From: Candidatus Latescibacterota bacterium
GTDB lineage: Bacteria; Latescibacterota; UBA2968; UBA8231
Reading direction: 5' to 3'
NCBI GenBank assembly: GCA_964291625.2
Contig: OZ220089.1
Location: 224,001-288,000, forward strand
DNA length: 64,000 nt
Part shown: in pieces, positions 18,620 to 28,186 of the stretch
Layout of the letters: every line of letters starts with the position of its first letter
Position numbering within the stretch: the stretch's first letter is position 1
Translations under genes and position numbers: made by a program
Notes under the pieces: model-generated
The model's database searches: none
What the model saw: the letters and a program-made list of their open reading frames with translations, nothing else
Told to the model about the DNA's origin: nothing

Positions 18620-19389
18620 GAACCCTCGCCATCGCCATCACCCTCGGAGTGGCCTGTTGCCGGGCGGCGTCCGCATCGGCTCCCGAGCTCTCGGAGATCC
18701 CCGGCCGGGGCGCCTTCGACGAGTTCGACAGCGTCCTGCCCCTGCCCCCCGGCAAGGAGGGCGTGGAGCGCTTCGCCCTCGGCGACATCCACGGCTTCGT
18801 GCACGTCTACGAAGGCCGGGACGGCGCCTACGCCGAGGTCTGGATCAGCGAGTACCTGGAGAGTTCCGTCTCCGGACTGGTGCTGGCCGACGCCGACCTC
18901 GACGGCCTTCGGGAGATCCTCGTGTACACCGAAGGCGGGCGCATTCACCTCCTCGACCTCGGCGACTACCACTCCCTGTGGAGCAACCCGGCCACCGACT
19001 ACGAGCAGATCTCGGCGCTGGCCGTCCACGACGTCGACGACGACGAGCAGCCGGAGCTGCTCTTCGTGGCCGACGGACGGCTGGTCATCTACGACGGCCG
19101 CGACCGCTTCGAGGAGTGGCGCAGCGACCAGGACAACCTGACCTCCACCGACCTCCTCGTCGGGGACGTCGACGGCGACGGCGCCGACGAGATCGTCCTC
19201 AACGACGGCTTCGTCTTCGACGCCCGCTACCGCGACCTGGAGTGGCAGTCGCCGGAGAGCTTCGGCGAGCGCATCGGCCTCCTCGACGTCGACGACGACG
19301 AGATCCCGGAGGTGGTGGGCGAGTTCGGCGGCCGGTTCCTGCGCATCTTCGACATCGACCTGCGAAGGATGAAGTCCGCGCGCCAATGA
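18616..19389 (+). CDS. Exported FG-GAP/VCBS-repeat hypothetical protein
   Basis: Signal peptide; four repeats of the form DxDxDG/DxxEI. Confidence 0.65.
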   Translation: MRTLAIAITLGVACCRAASASAPELSEIPGRGAFDEFDSVLPLPPGKEGVERFALGDIHGFVHVYEGRDGAYAEVWISEYLESSVSGLVLADADLDGLREILVYTEGGRIHLLDLGDYHSLWSNPATDYEQISALAVHDVDDDEQPELLFVADGRLVIYDGRDRFEEWRSDQDNLTSTDLLVGDVDGDGADEIVLNDGFVFDARYRDLEWQSPESFGERIGLLDVDDDEIPEVVGEFGGRFLRIFDIDLRRMKSARQ

Positions 19390-19431
19390 CCCGGAGCGCA
19401 CCCCCGACCACCTGGAAGAAGAGAGGAAGAA

Positions 19432-20424
19432 ATGGCAAGACCCGTTACCTTGTTCACCGGCCAGTGGGCCGACCTCGACACCCCGACCATGTGCGAGAAG
19501 GCGCGAAGCTTCGGTTACGACGGCCTCGAGCTGGCCTGCTGGGGAGACCACTTCGAGGTACCGAAAGCCGACGACGCCTACTGCGCCGCCCGCCGGGCCC
19601 TCCTCGAGGAGCACGACCTGCAGCTGTTCTCGATCTCCGCCCACCTCGTGGGCCAGGCCGTGTGCGACAACATCGACGGCCGCCACCAGGCGATCCTCCC
19701 GGAGTACGTGTGGGGCGACGGCGCCCCCGAGGGCGTGCGCCAGCGCGCCGCCGCCGAGCTGGTGGCCACGGCGCAGGCCGCCGCCCGACTCGGCGTGGAG
19801 GTGGTGAACGGCTTCACGGGCAGCTCCATCTGGCACCTGCTCTACTCCTTCCCCCCGAGCTCCGACGAGATGATCGACGCCGGCTTCGCCGACTTCGCCA
19901 ACCGCTTCCGGCCCATCCTCGACGAGTTCCAGGAGGCGGGCGTCAAGTTCGCCCTTGAGGTCCACCCCACCGAGATCGCCTTCGACATCGCCTCGGCGGA
20001 GCGCGCCGTCGACGCCCTCGACGGCCATCCCGCCTTCGGCTTCAACTACGATCCCAGCCACCTCGGCTACCAGGGGGTCGACTACGTGGAGTTCATCCAC
20101 CGCTTCGCCGACCGCATCTTCCACGTGCACATGAAGGACGTGGGCTGGTCGGCGATCCCCACCGAGGCCGGCGTCTTCGGCGGCCACACCGCCTTCGGAG
20201 ACCGGCGCCGCTACTGGGACTTCCGCTCCCTCGGCCGCGGCAACATCGACTTCGAGGAGATCATCCGCGCCCTCAACCGCATCCGCTACGACGGCCCCCT
20301 GTCGGTGGAGTGGGAGGACGGCGGCATGGACCGGGAGCACGGGGCCGCCGAGGCCTGCGCCTTCGTCAAGGAGGTCGACTTCGAGCCCTCGGAGGCCGCC
20401 TTCGACGCGGCCTTCTCGGAGTAG
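19432..20424 (+). CDS. Sugar phosphate isomerase/epimerase (xylose-isomerase-like TIM barrel)
   Basis: [42 protein letters not shown] and LSVEWED motifs. Confidence 0.9.
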   Translation: MARPVTLFTGQWADLDTPTMCEKARSFGYDGLELACWGDHFEVPKADDAYCAARRALLEEHDLQLFSISAHLVGQAVCDNIDGRHQAILPEYVWGDGAPEGVRQRAAAELVATAQAAARLGVEVVNGFTGSSIWHLLYSFPPSSDEMIDAGFADFANRFRPILDEFQEAGVKFALEVHPTEIAFDIASAERAVDALDGHPAFGFNYDPSHLGYQGVDYVEFIHRFADRIFHVHMKDVGWSAIPTEAGVFGGHTAFGDRRRYWDFRSLGRGNIDFEEIIRALNRIRYDGPLSVEWEDGGMDREHGAAEACAFVKEVDFEPSEAAFDAAFSE

Positions 20425-20429
20425 TCCCC

Positions 20430-22010
20430 GTGTCCCTTGCGCGCCTGGCCGGCGCCCTCTGCGCCTTCCTGATGGTGGCCGCCTGCGGCGGCGGCCCGGC
20501 CCCCGAGGCGCAGCGGGTGCTGGTCTTCGGACGCGGCGCCGACTCCGTCGGCCTCGACCCGGCCCTGGAGAACGACGGCGAGTCCTTCAAGGTCTGCGAC
20601 AACCTCTACGAGACCCTGGTCACCTACGAGTCGGAGTCGACCCAGGTACTCCCTCAGCTGGCCCGCCGCTGGGAGGTCAGCGAGGACGGGCTGCGCTGGA
20701 CCTTCCACCTGCGCACGGACGTGCGCTTCCACGACGGCACGCCCTTCACCGCCCAGGCGGTTCTGTTCTCCCTCGGCCGCCAGTTCTTTCCCGACCATCC
20801 CCGGTACCGGCCCGCCGCCGGCAACTACAAGTACTGGAAGGACATGGGCATGGACGACATCGTCGCCCACATGTCCGCCCCGGACGACTCGACCTTCGTC
20901 ATGGAGCTGGCCGCCGCCAACGCCCCCTTCCTGTCGACCCTGGGCATGAACTTCTGCGGCATCGTCTCGCCGGCGGCGGTGGAGCGGCACGGCGCCGACT
21001 ACTTCAAGAACCCGGTGGGCACCGGCCCCTTCCGTTTCGTCGAGTGGCGCAAGGACGAGCGCATCGTCCTCGAGCGCTTCGACGGCTACTGGGGTGAGGC
21101 TCCGCGGATCGACCGCCTCGTCTTCAAGTACATCCAGGACGCCTCGGTGCGCTTCCTCGAGTTGCGCGCCGGCGACGTCCACGGCGTCGACAACCTCAAC
21201 CCGGAGTTCATCGAGAGCATCCGCTCCGACCCGGAGATCCAGCTCCTCACCCAGCCCGGGATGAACGTGGGCTACCTGGCGATGAACCTCGACAAGGAGC
21301 CCTTCGGCGACCTCCGGGTCCGCCGCGCCGTCAACCACGCGGTGAACAAGCAGTCCCTCGTGGACAACTTCTACGCCGGACTGGCGGTGCCCGCCAAGAA
21401 CCCGATCCCGCCCGTCATGTGGAGCTACAACGACGACGTGGCCGCCTACGAGTACGACCCGGAGCGCGCCAGGGAGCTGCTGGCCGAAGCCGGACTGGCC
21501 GACGGCTTCTCCGCCGAGCTGTGGGTGCCCCTGGCGACGCGGCCGTACATGCCGCAGCCGGAGAAGATCGCCCAGGCCCTGCAGGCCGACCTTGGCCGCG
21601 TCGGCATCGAGGTGGAGCTGGTGACCACCGAGTGGGCCACCTACCTCGACAAGGTCTTCGACGGGCAGCACGACATGTGTCTGCTGGGATGGACGGGCGA
21701 CAACGGCGATCCCGACAACTTCCTCTACGTCCTGCTGGACAAGACGGCGGCCGTGAAGCCGGCCCAGAACGTGGCCTTCTACCGCTCCGACGAGCTCCAC
21801 GAGGTGCTCGTCGAGGCCCGCCACAGCGTCGACCCCGCCGAGCGCACCCGGCTCTACCGCCAGGCCCAGGAGATCGTCCACCGGGACGCGCCGTGGGTGC
21901 CGCTGGTGCACGCCACGCAGACAGCGGCCTTCCGCCGCGACGTGGGCGGCTTCGCCCTGCACCCCACCGGCAGCAAGTGGTTCCAGCCCGTCTACTTCGC
22001 GCCGCGGTGA
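20430..22010 (+). CDS. dppA: Dipeptide/oligopeptide ABC transporter substrate-binding lipoprotein
   Basis: GTG at 20430; lipobox VAAC; LRTDVRFHDGTPFTA, PVGTGPF and GWTGDNGDPDNF motifs. Confidence 0.88.
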   Translation: MSLARLAGALCAFLMVAACGGGPAPEAQRVLVFGRGADSVGLDPALENDGESFKVCDNLYETLVTYESESTQVLPQLARRWEVSEDGLRWTFHLRTDVRFHDGTPFTAQAVLFSLGRQFFPDHPRYRPAAGNYKYWKDMGMDDIVAHMSAPDDSTFVMELAAANAPFLSTLGMNFCGIVSPAAVERHGADYFKNPVGTGPFRFVEWRKDERIVLERFDGYWGEAPRIDRLVFKYIQDASVRFLELRAGDVHGVDNLNPEFIESIRSDPEIQLLTQPGMNVGYLAMNLDKEPFGDLRVRRAVNHAVNKQSLVDNFYAGLAVPAKNPIPPVMWSYNDDVAAYEYDPERARELLAEAGLADGFSAELWVPLATRPYMPQPEKIAQALQADLGRVGIEVELVTTEWATYLDKVFDGQHDMCLLGWTGDNGDPDNFLYVLLDKTAAVKPAQNVAFYRSDELHEVLVEARHSVDPAERTRLYRQAQEIVHRDAPWVPLVHATQTAAFRRDVGGFALHPTGSKWFQPVYFAPR

Positions 22011-22060
22011 GCCGCCCGCCGGCCGCCGCCGGCCCCCTCCGCTGAAAGCCCCGCCGGGCC

Positions 22061-23065
22061 GTGACCGCCTTCATCCTCCGGCGCCTGACGCTCCTGGTCC
22101 CGACGGTGCTCGGGATCTCGGTCCTCGTCTTCCTGATGATCTACCTGGTGCCGGGGGACCCCGCCCAGGTGATGCTCGGCGAGCGCGCCAACGCCGAGAC
22201 CCTGGCCGCCCTGCGCCAGGAGCTGGGCCTCGACCAGCCCTTCCACGTGCAGCTCGGCCGGTTCTTCGCCGATCTGATGCGCGGCGATCTTGGGAGGTCC
22301 TTCCGCACACACGAGCTGATCACGGTGGAGATCTTCGACCGCTTCCCGGCGACCTGCGAGCTGACCCTGGCGGCGATGTGCTTCGCCATCACCGGCGGTC
22401 TCGCTCTCGGCATGGTGGCCGCCGTGCGCCGCGGCGGCTTCCTCGACCACCTGAGCATGACCGCGGCCACCGCCGGGATCTCCATGCCCGTGTTCTGGCT
22501 GGCCCTCGTCCTCATCCTGCTGCTGGCCGTGCAGCTGCCCCTGTTCCCCATCTCCGGCCGTATCTCCGCCCACACCTACATCGAGGCGCGCACCGGGTTC
22601 TACATCCTCGACGCGCTCCTCGCAGGCGACCCGGCGGCCCTCGGCGACGCCTTGCGCCACCTCGTGCTGCCGGCGCTGGCCCTGGGGACGATCCCCTTGG
22701 CCGTGATCGCCCGCATGACCCGCTCCAGTCTGCTGGAGGTGCTGGGCGAGGACTACATCCGCACGGCCCGCGCCAAGGGCCTGGCGCCGATGCCGGTGCT
22801 GGTGCGCCACGCCCTGCGCAACGCCTTCATTCCCACCTTGACGGTGATCGCCCTGGAGTTCGGCTACCTTCTCGGCGGCGCCATCATCACCGAGACGATC
22901 TTCGCCTGGCCCGGCATCGGCCGCTGGCTCTACCTGGCGGTCCTGGCCCGGGACTTCCGCGCGGTGCAGGGTGGAGTGCTGCTGCTGGCGACCCTCTTCA
23001 TCCTCATCAACCTCGCCGCCGACGTGCTCTACGCCTGGCTCGACCCGCGAATCCGCTATGACTGA
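22061..23065 (+). CDS. dppB: Peptide ABC transporter permease (DppB)
   Basis: PGDPA, GDLGRS, DYIRTARAKGL, ETIFAWPGIG and DPRIRY motifs. Confidence 0.9.
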   Translation: MTAFILRRLTLLVPTVLGISVLVFLMIYLVPGDPAQVMLGERANAETLAALRQELGLDQPFHVQLGRFFADLMRGDLGRSFRTHELITVEIFDRFPATCELTLAAMCFAITGGLALGMVAAVRRGGFLDHLSMTAATAGISMPVFWLALVLILLLAVQLPLFPISGRISAHTYIEARTGFYILDALLAGDPAALGDALRHLVLPALALGTIPLAVIARMTRSSLLEVLGEDYIRTARAKGLAPMPVLVRHALRNAFIPTLTVIALEFGYLLGGAIITETIFAWPGIGRWLYLAVLARDFRAVQGGVLLLATLFILINLAADVLYAWLDPRIRYD

Positions 23066-24287
23066 GACGAGGGAAATACGGGTCGGCGTCGTCGGGGTGC
23101 GGCGCGGAGAGAGCTTCATCAAGGGAGCGACCGACGCCGTGGGCATGAGGCTGACGGCGGTCTGCGACATCTGGGAGGAACGCCTGGCGGCGGCGGGGCG
23201 CAACTACGGAGTGGCCACCTTCACCGACTACGACGCCTTCCTCGACAGCGGCCTGGACGCCGTCATCCTGGCCAACTACTTCCACGAGCACGCCCCCTTC
23301 GCGGTGCGGGCCCTGGAGGCCGGCAAGCACGTCCTCTCCGAGACGGCGGCCAACGGCACCCTCGCCGACGGCGTCGCCCTCTGCCGCGCGGTGGAACGGT
23401 CGGGATGCGTCTACATGCTCGCCGAGAACTACTGCTACACCCTCTTCAGCCAGGAGATGCGCAGGCTCTACCAGACCGGGGAGATCGGCCGGGTGACCTA
23501 CGCCGAGGGCGAGTACAACCACCCCATGGCCCCGGAGGCGCGCCTGCGCCTGGCCCCCGGCGAGGACCACTGGCGCAACCGGATCCCCTCCACCTACTAC
23601 TGCACCCACGCCCTGGCGCCGCTGGTCTACATCACCGGCTCCATGCCCCGCATGGTGAACGGCCTCTCCATCGCCGCCCCCGAGGTCAACGAGGAGATCG
23701 TGCGCCGGGGGGACCCCGGCTCGGTGATCCTGTGCCGCACCGACGACGGCGCCGTGTTCCGCATCTTCGGGCTGAGCCTGCCCGGCCACAGCAACTGGTA
23801 CCGCGTCCACGGCACGAAGGGGGCCATGGAGATCGCCCGCGGGCCGGGTTACTTCGGACCGGGCCATGTGCGGGTGTGGCACGAGCCCTGGAACGAGTGG
23901 CCCGGCCAGCCCCTGGAACGCTCGTATCTGCCCGAGTGGCCTGAGCACGCCGAGCTGGCCGAACGGGCCGGTCACGGCGGCGGCGACTTCTGGACCAATT
24001 TCCACTTCGCCCGGGCCATCCGCTCGGGGGAGGCCCCCTTCCTCGACGTGTACCGCGCGGTGGCCATGAGCTCCGTCGGCATCCTCGCCTGGCGGAGCGC
24101 GCTGCAGGAGGGGCAACCGGTGCAGGTCCCGGACTTCCGCGACGAAACGCAGAGGGCCCCCCTCGAGGACGACACCTGGTCGCCCTGGCCGGGAGGGGAC
24201 CCGCAGGCCCCTTCGAGCATCCACCCATCCCGGGAGCCGAGCGCCGAGGCCCTGGAGCGCGCCCGGCGGATCTGGACAGAGTTGTGA
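23058..24287 (+). CDS. Gfo/Idh/MocA family oxidoreductase
   Basis: ATG at 23058; IRVGVVG, AGKHVLSE, YAEGEYNH and GHGGGD motifs. Confidence 0.88.
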   Translation: MTETREIRVGVVGVRRGESFIKGATDAVGMRLTAVCDIWEERLAAAGRNYGVATFTDYDAFLDSGLDAVILANYFHEHAPFAVRALEAGKHVLSETAANGTLADGVALCRAVERSGCVYMLAENYCYTLFSQEMRRLYQTGEIGRVTYAEGEYNHPMAPEARLRLAPGEDHWRNRIPSTYYCTHALAPLVYITGSMPRMVNGLSIAAPEVNEEIVRRGDPGSVILCRTDDGAVFRIFGLSLPGHSNWYRVHGTKGAMEIARGPGYFGPGHVRVWHEPWNEWPGQPLERSYLPEWPEHAELAERAGHGGGDFWTNFHFARAIRSGEAPFLDVYRAVAMSSVGILAWRSALQEGQPVQVPDFRDETQRAPLEDDTWSPWPGGDPQAPSSIHPSREPSAEALERARRIWTEL

Positions 24288-24364
24288 TGCAGCGATGGCC
24301 GCTTGACCATCTGTCGGCGGCTCCCGTACTTGCACGTTTCCCTCGACCCGCGGACAACACGACG

Positions 24365-25060
24365 ATGGAACCTGAACTGACCCCGGAAGAGTTGCGGATC
24401 CTCGGTGCCCTGATCGAGAAGGGGATCACGACACCGGACTACTACCCCATGACCCTGAACGCCCTGACGGCGGCCTGCAACCAGAAGTCCAACCGCGACC
24501 CGGTGCTCGAGTACGGCGAGAAGACCGTCGTGCGCGCCCTGGACTCGCTGCGCGAAAAGGGGCTGGTGCGCGTCGTCAGCGGCCCCGACATGAGGGTGCC
24601 CAAGTACTATCACCGCTTCACCGAGGTCCGGGAGTTCTCCCCTCCCGGTGTGGCGGTGCTCTGCGAGCTGATGCTGCGGGGGCCGCAGACGCCCGGCGAG
24701 TTGCGCAGCCGCGGCAGCCGGATGCACCCCTTCGAGAGCCTCGCCGAGGTCGAGGCCGTGCTCGAGTCCCTGATGGAGCGGCCGGCGGGGCCTGCCGTCC
24801 TCCGCCTGCCGCGGCAGCCCGGGTTCAAGGAGTCCCGCTTCGCCCACCTCCTCGGCGCTCCACCCGCGATCGAGGAGCCCTCCGCGGACGGGCCCGACGG
24901 GGCCGGTGATTCCGGCGGACCACGGCCGGAGGCCGCCCGCCTGGCCGCGGCGGCCGAGGACGAGAGGCTCGAGCGCCTCGAGGCCGCCGTCGCCGGCATC
25001 GTCGAGGAGATCGCCTCCCTGCGCTCGGAGTTGAAGGAGTTCCGGGGCCAGTTCGAATAG
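24365..25060 (+). CDS. yceH: YceH/DUF480 family protein
   Basis: RILGALIEK..TTPDYYPMTLNAL..ACNQKSNRDPV and LRGPQTPGELR motifs. Confidence 0.9.
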   Translation: MEPELTPEELRILGALIEKGITTPDYYPMTLNALTAACNQKSNRDPVLEYGEKTVVRALDSLREKGLVRVVSGPDMRVPKYYHRFTEVREFSPPGVAVLCELMLRGPQTPGELRSRGSRMHPFESLAEVEAVLESLMERPAGPAVLRLPRQPGFKESRFAHLLGAPPAIEEPSADGPDGAGDSGGPRPEAARLAAAAEDERLERLEAAVAGIVEEIASLRSELKEFRGQFE

Positions 25061-25071
25061 GGTTGCGGCGG

Positions 25072-25932
25072 ATGACCAGTTCCTCGAAAGGCCCCATCAC
25101 CGACGCCATGCCGGAGGTCGACCGGGAGCTCCGGTTCCACCCCGTCCACCACGACCGGCCCCGATGCCTGACCCCCGGGCAGTTGCGGCAGTTCGACGAG
25201 CTGGGATACATCTTCCCCCTGCGCGTCTTCACCCCCGCCGAGGCCGAGGCCAACCGCGCCTACTTCGACGACTTGATGGACCGCGCCGCCGCCGCGGGCT
25301 GGGACGCGTACTCCATCAACGGCTGGCAGCGCCACTGCGCCGGCATGTGGGACCTGTGCGCGGAGCCGCGCATCCTCGACTACGTGCAGGACCTCCTCGG
25401 CGAGGACCTGGTCTGCTGGGGGGCGCACTTCTTCTGCAAGCAGCCCGGGGACGAGCGCCGGGTCAGCTGGCACCAGGACGCCTCGTACTGGCCCCTGACG
25501 CCGAGCCGGACCGTCACCGTGTGGCTGGCCATCGACGACGCCGACGAGGAGAACGGCGCCATGACCGTGGTGCCGCGTTCCCACCTGCACGGCCAGATCC
25601 CCTTCGCGCGCAGCGAGGCCGGAGAGCGCAACGTGCTCAACCAGACCGTCCTCGATCCCCGCCGCTACGGCGGCGACCCCGTGTCCTTCGTCATGAAGGC
25701 GGGGCAGATCTCCCTGCACACCGACCTGCTGCTCCACGGCTCGAACCCGAACCTCTCCGACCGCCGGCGCTGCGGACTGACCATTCGCTTCGTGCCCCCC
25801 GAGGTGCGCGCCCACAAGGGCTGGAACCGCGGGGCCATCATCTGCCGCGGAGCGGACCCCAGCGGCCACTGGCACCATCACCCGCGGCCCGAGGGCGAGG
25901 TGATACCGGGCAGCGGGGATGGGGCGGGATGA
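25072..25932 (+). CDS. Phytanoyl-CoA dioxygenase (PhyH)-family Fe(II)/2OG oxygenase
   Basis: WHQDASYW (HxD), WLAIDDA..ENG and LLHGS..N.S..RR motifs. Confidence 0.9.
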   Translation: MTSSSKGPITDAMPEVDRELRFHPVHHDRPRCLTPGQLRQFDELGYIFPLRVFTPAEAEANRAYFDDLMDRAAAAGWDAYSINGWQRHCAGMWDLCAEPRILDYVQDLLGEDLVCWGAHFFCKQPGDERRVSWHQDASYWPLTPSRTVTVWLAIDDADEENGAMTVVPRSHLHGQIPFARSEAGERNVLNQTVLDPRRYGGDPVSFVMKAGQISLHTDLLLHGSNPNLSDRRRCGLTIRFVPPEVRAHKGWNRGAIICRGADPSGHWHHHPRPEGEVIPGSGDGAG

Positions 25933-26039
25933 GGTCCGGGGGCGACGGCCGATACCTGCAAACCGTTACACCGAACTGTCGCGCTCCGGGGCTACATTCC
26001 AGGGCCCATGAGCGCTGGAAACCACGGAGTCGCGAATAT

Positions 26040-26579
26040 GTGAAGATCCTGGCGGCGAGCATCATCCTGGCGGCGGCGGGGATGACCGCCTGCGGCGGTA
26101 ACGGGGGGCCTGCGGGGCCTGAGGCAGACCTCGCCGGCACCTGGATCTTCGAGGGGACGGATCTCGTCGAGGTCCTCGCCCCGCGTTTCATGGAGCACGC
26201 CGTCGAGCAGGGGATGAGCACCCCGGACGCCCAGGCGATCGTCGACGAGGCCTTCGCCAACGCCGAGGAGGGTTTCCAGTCCTGGCACTCCACGCTTCGC
26301 TTCGATGGGGACGGGACGTGGAAGGACGACCGGGGCCAGAGGGGTACCTGGCGCATCGAGGGCGGCGTGCTGATCTCCACCGATGAGCATGGCCTCATCG
26401 AGCGCTGGGAGTACATCCTGGACGACCACGACCTGACGCTGATGCTCACGAAGGAGAGTCTGCTGTCCCTCTCGAGACAGGTGGACGACTCCGACGCCCG
26501 GAAGGCCGCGTACGAGTTCTACAGCGGGCTTCTTGCGGACGACGACGTCCTGAGGTTCTTCTACAAGCGGAAACCCTGA
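26040..26579 (+). CDS. Hypothetical lipoprotein (lipocalin-like fold possible)
   Basis: GTG at 26040; lipobox MTAC; LAGTW, LRFDGDGTW and GTWRIEG motifs. Confidence 0.65.
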   Translation: MKILAASIILAAAGMTACGGNGGPAGPEADLAGTWIFEGTDLVEVLAPRFMEHAVEQGMSTPDAQAIVDEAFANAEEGFQSWHSTLRFDGDGTWKDDRGQRGTWRIEGGVLISTDEHGLIERWEYILDDHDLTLMLTKESLLSLSRQVDDSDARKAAYEFYSGLLADDDVLRFFYKRKP

Positions 26580-26599
26580 CGGAAAGGACGATCGACCCG

Positions 26600-27244
26600 A
26601 TGAGGAAGCACCTTCCGTGCTGGATCGCGGCGCTCTCCCTGGCTCTGCTCTCGCCGGCGGCGGCGCAGGCCCAGGACGACCTGACCGAGGTCCCGCTGGT
26701 GCCCCTGCCCGAGGGCATGACCTGGGAGGAGTACCGCGACATGAACCGCCGCCTCTCGGTCGGCCTGGCCCTGAGCGCCATCCCGGTGCCGGGGATGATG
26801 CACTTCTACGCGGGCGAGCCCCGGACGGGCCGGCGGCTGCTGACGACCGGCCTGTTGGGGGCTGCCTCGATCGTGGCGGGCCTGGCCCTGCTCGGGGATG
26901 GCGACTTCCCCGAGACCGACTTCGAGGTCCTGGTGCTCAACCCCGGGGACGAGGACCGCGAGCGCCGGTACGAGAAGATCCCGGTGGAGATCGACGGCTC
27001 CAGGGTCCATTACCGCCTTCGCGAGCAGGAGCGCGAGCCCGGCCTGCTGCCGGGCGCCCTGATCCTGCTCGGCGGGCTCACCCTGGCGGTGGACTACCTC
27101 TACGACTTCGTCCACGGGATCCGGGTGATCGAGGAGAAGCGGGACCGGGTGCGGTTCAAGTACGGCAAGGCTCTCCGCTTGCACCTGGGGGCTCTAAAGG
27201 GGTCCGCAACGGGGGGACAGGTGGCCCTGAGCTACTCCTTCTGA
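26600..27244 (+). CDS. Hypothetical exported/membrane protein
   Basis: AAGGA RBS; signal peptide AQA; LSAIPVPGMMHFYAG plus hydrophobic helices; ends VALSYSF. Confidence 0.65.
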   Translation: MRKHLPCWIAALSLALLSPAAAQAQDDLTEVPLVPLPEGMTWEEYRDMNRRLSVGLALSAIPVPGMMHFYAGEPRTGRRLLTTGLLGAASIVAGLALLGDGDFPETDFEVLVLNPGDEDRERRYEKIPVEIDGSRVHYRLREQEREPGLLPGALILLGGLTLAVDYLYDFVHGIRVIEEKRDRVRFKYGKALRLHLGALKGSATGGQVALSYSF

Positions 27245-27245
27245 G

Positions 27246-27360
27246 ATGGAGGTCGCCGACCGCGTCGAGGCGCTGAGCGGCGTCGATCGGGCCGTCGGGC
27301 GCGGCGGTTGGCCTCCCTCGTCGGGCCCTGCGGCTGCGGCCAGTCCACCCTGAGGCGGTG
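27246..27360 (+). pseudogene. Decayed 5' fragment of an ABC transporter ATPase
   Basis: MEVADRVEALSGVDRAVGRGG, then a frameshift to LASLVGPCGCGQSTLRR. This is a degenerate Walker A (GPSGCGKST) with no continuation. Confidence 0.6.
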
Positions 27361-27427
27361 GCCGCCTCAAGAAGCCCATCCGAGCGGGCGCCAGGCTCGC
27401 CCGGGCGGAGACTCCAGCCGGGCCGGC

Positions 27428-28186
27428 TTACCGCAGCCCCGTGAAGAACGCGGCCCTCTCCAGGCCGCGGCCGGTCCGTACCTTGCCGTACTCCAGCTCC
27501 AGAATGCGGCCGCCGCTCTCGATGATCACCAGGCGGGGCAGGTACAGGTCGGTTCCGGGCAGCCGGCGGAAGCGCTGCAGGCGGCGCGACCACAGCACGC
27601 CGCCCCCCGGAGTGAGGACCTCCTCGCGCACCACGAAGCCGCGCTGCAGATCCACGGTCAGGCGGCGCGGCGGCAGGTCGGCGGTCTCCAGGGGGACGAT
27701 GGCGCGGCCGGCCGCCGGATGGTGGACCCGCGAGGTGTCCGGGTCTCCGGGCACGACCACCCCGAGCAGGAGCCACCGGGGATCGTAGCCTCCGAGGTCG
27801 ATCCCCAGGAAGTAGTCGAGACCGTCCTCGGCCGGAAGGACCATGGAGCGCCCCTCCACCACGGCAAGCAGGCTGTCGGCCTCGACCACGGCGGAGAGGA
27901 CGTGAACGAACAGGGGGCCCTGCACATCGAGGCGCATCAGGTCCGGGGGCCGGAAGAGGATGGAGGCGTCGAGGGCGTTCCGGCCCTGCTCGTGGGTCAG
28001 GCTGAGGCGGGCCTCGGCGGTCAGGTCCTCCAGGCCCTGCACCGCGGCGAAGTCCGCCCCCAAAGGGGTGGAGACATCGAGGGCGCCGCCGGTCCAGCCA
28101 TCGCGGGTCACGGGGGGCGGAGGACCGCAGGCACTGGTGACCGCCGCTGCGATCAGGGCGGCGACCGCGGCTCGACCGGCCCTCAA
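27428..28186 (-). CDS. LolB-like/DUF4292 outer-membrane lipoprotein
   Basis: Lipobox TSAC; FRPPDLMRLDVQGPL; beta-rich; follows a TPR gene as in TPR-lolB pairs. Confidence 0.6.
   Translation of the reverse strand: MRAGRAAVAALIAAAVTSACGPPPPVTRDGWTGGALDVSTPLGADFAAVQGLEDLTAEARLSLTHEQGRNALDASILFRPPDLMRLDVQGPLFVHVLSAVVEADSLLAVVEGRSMVLPAEDGLDYFLGIDLGGYDPRWLLLGVVVPGDPDTSRVHHPAAGRAIVPLETADLPPRRLTVDLQRGFVVREEVLTPGGGVLWSRRLQRFRRLPGTDLYLPRLVIIESGGRILELEYGKVRTGRGLERAAFFTGLR

Noticed and set aside
24303-24332. TTGACC...TACTTG upstream of yceH as a promoter
   Set aside because: The -10 match is too weak to call.
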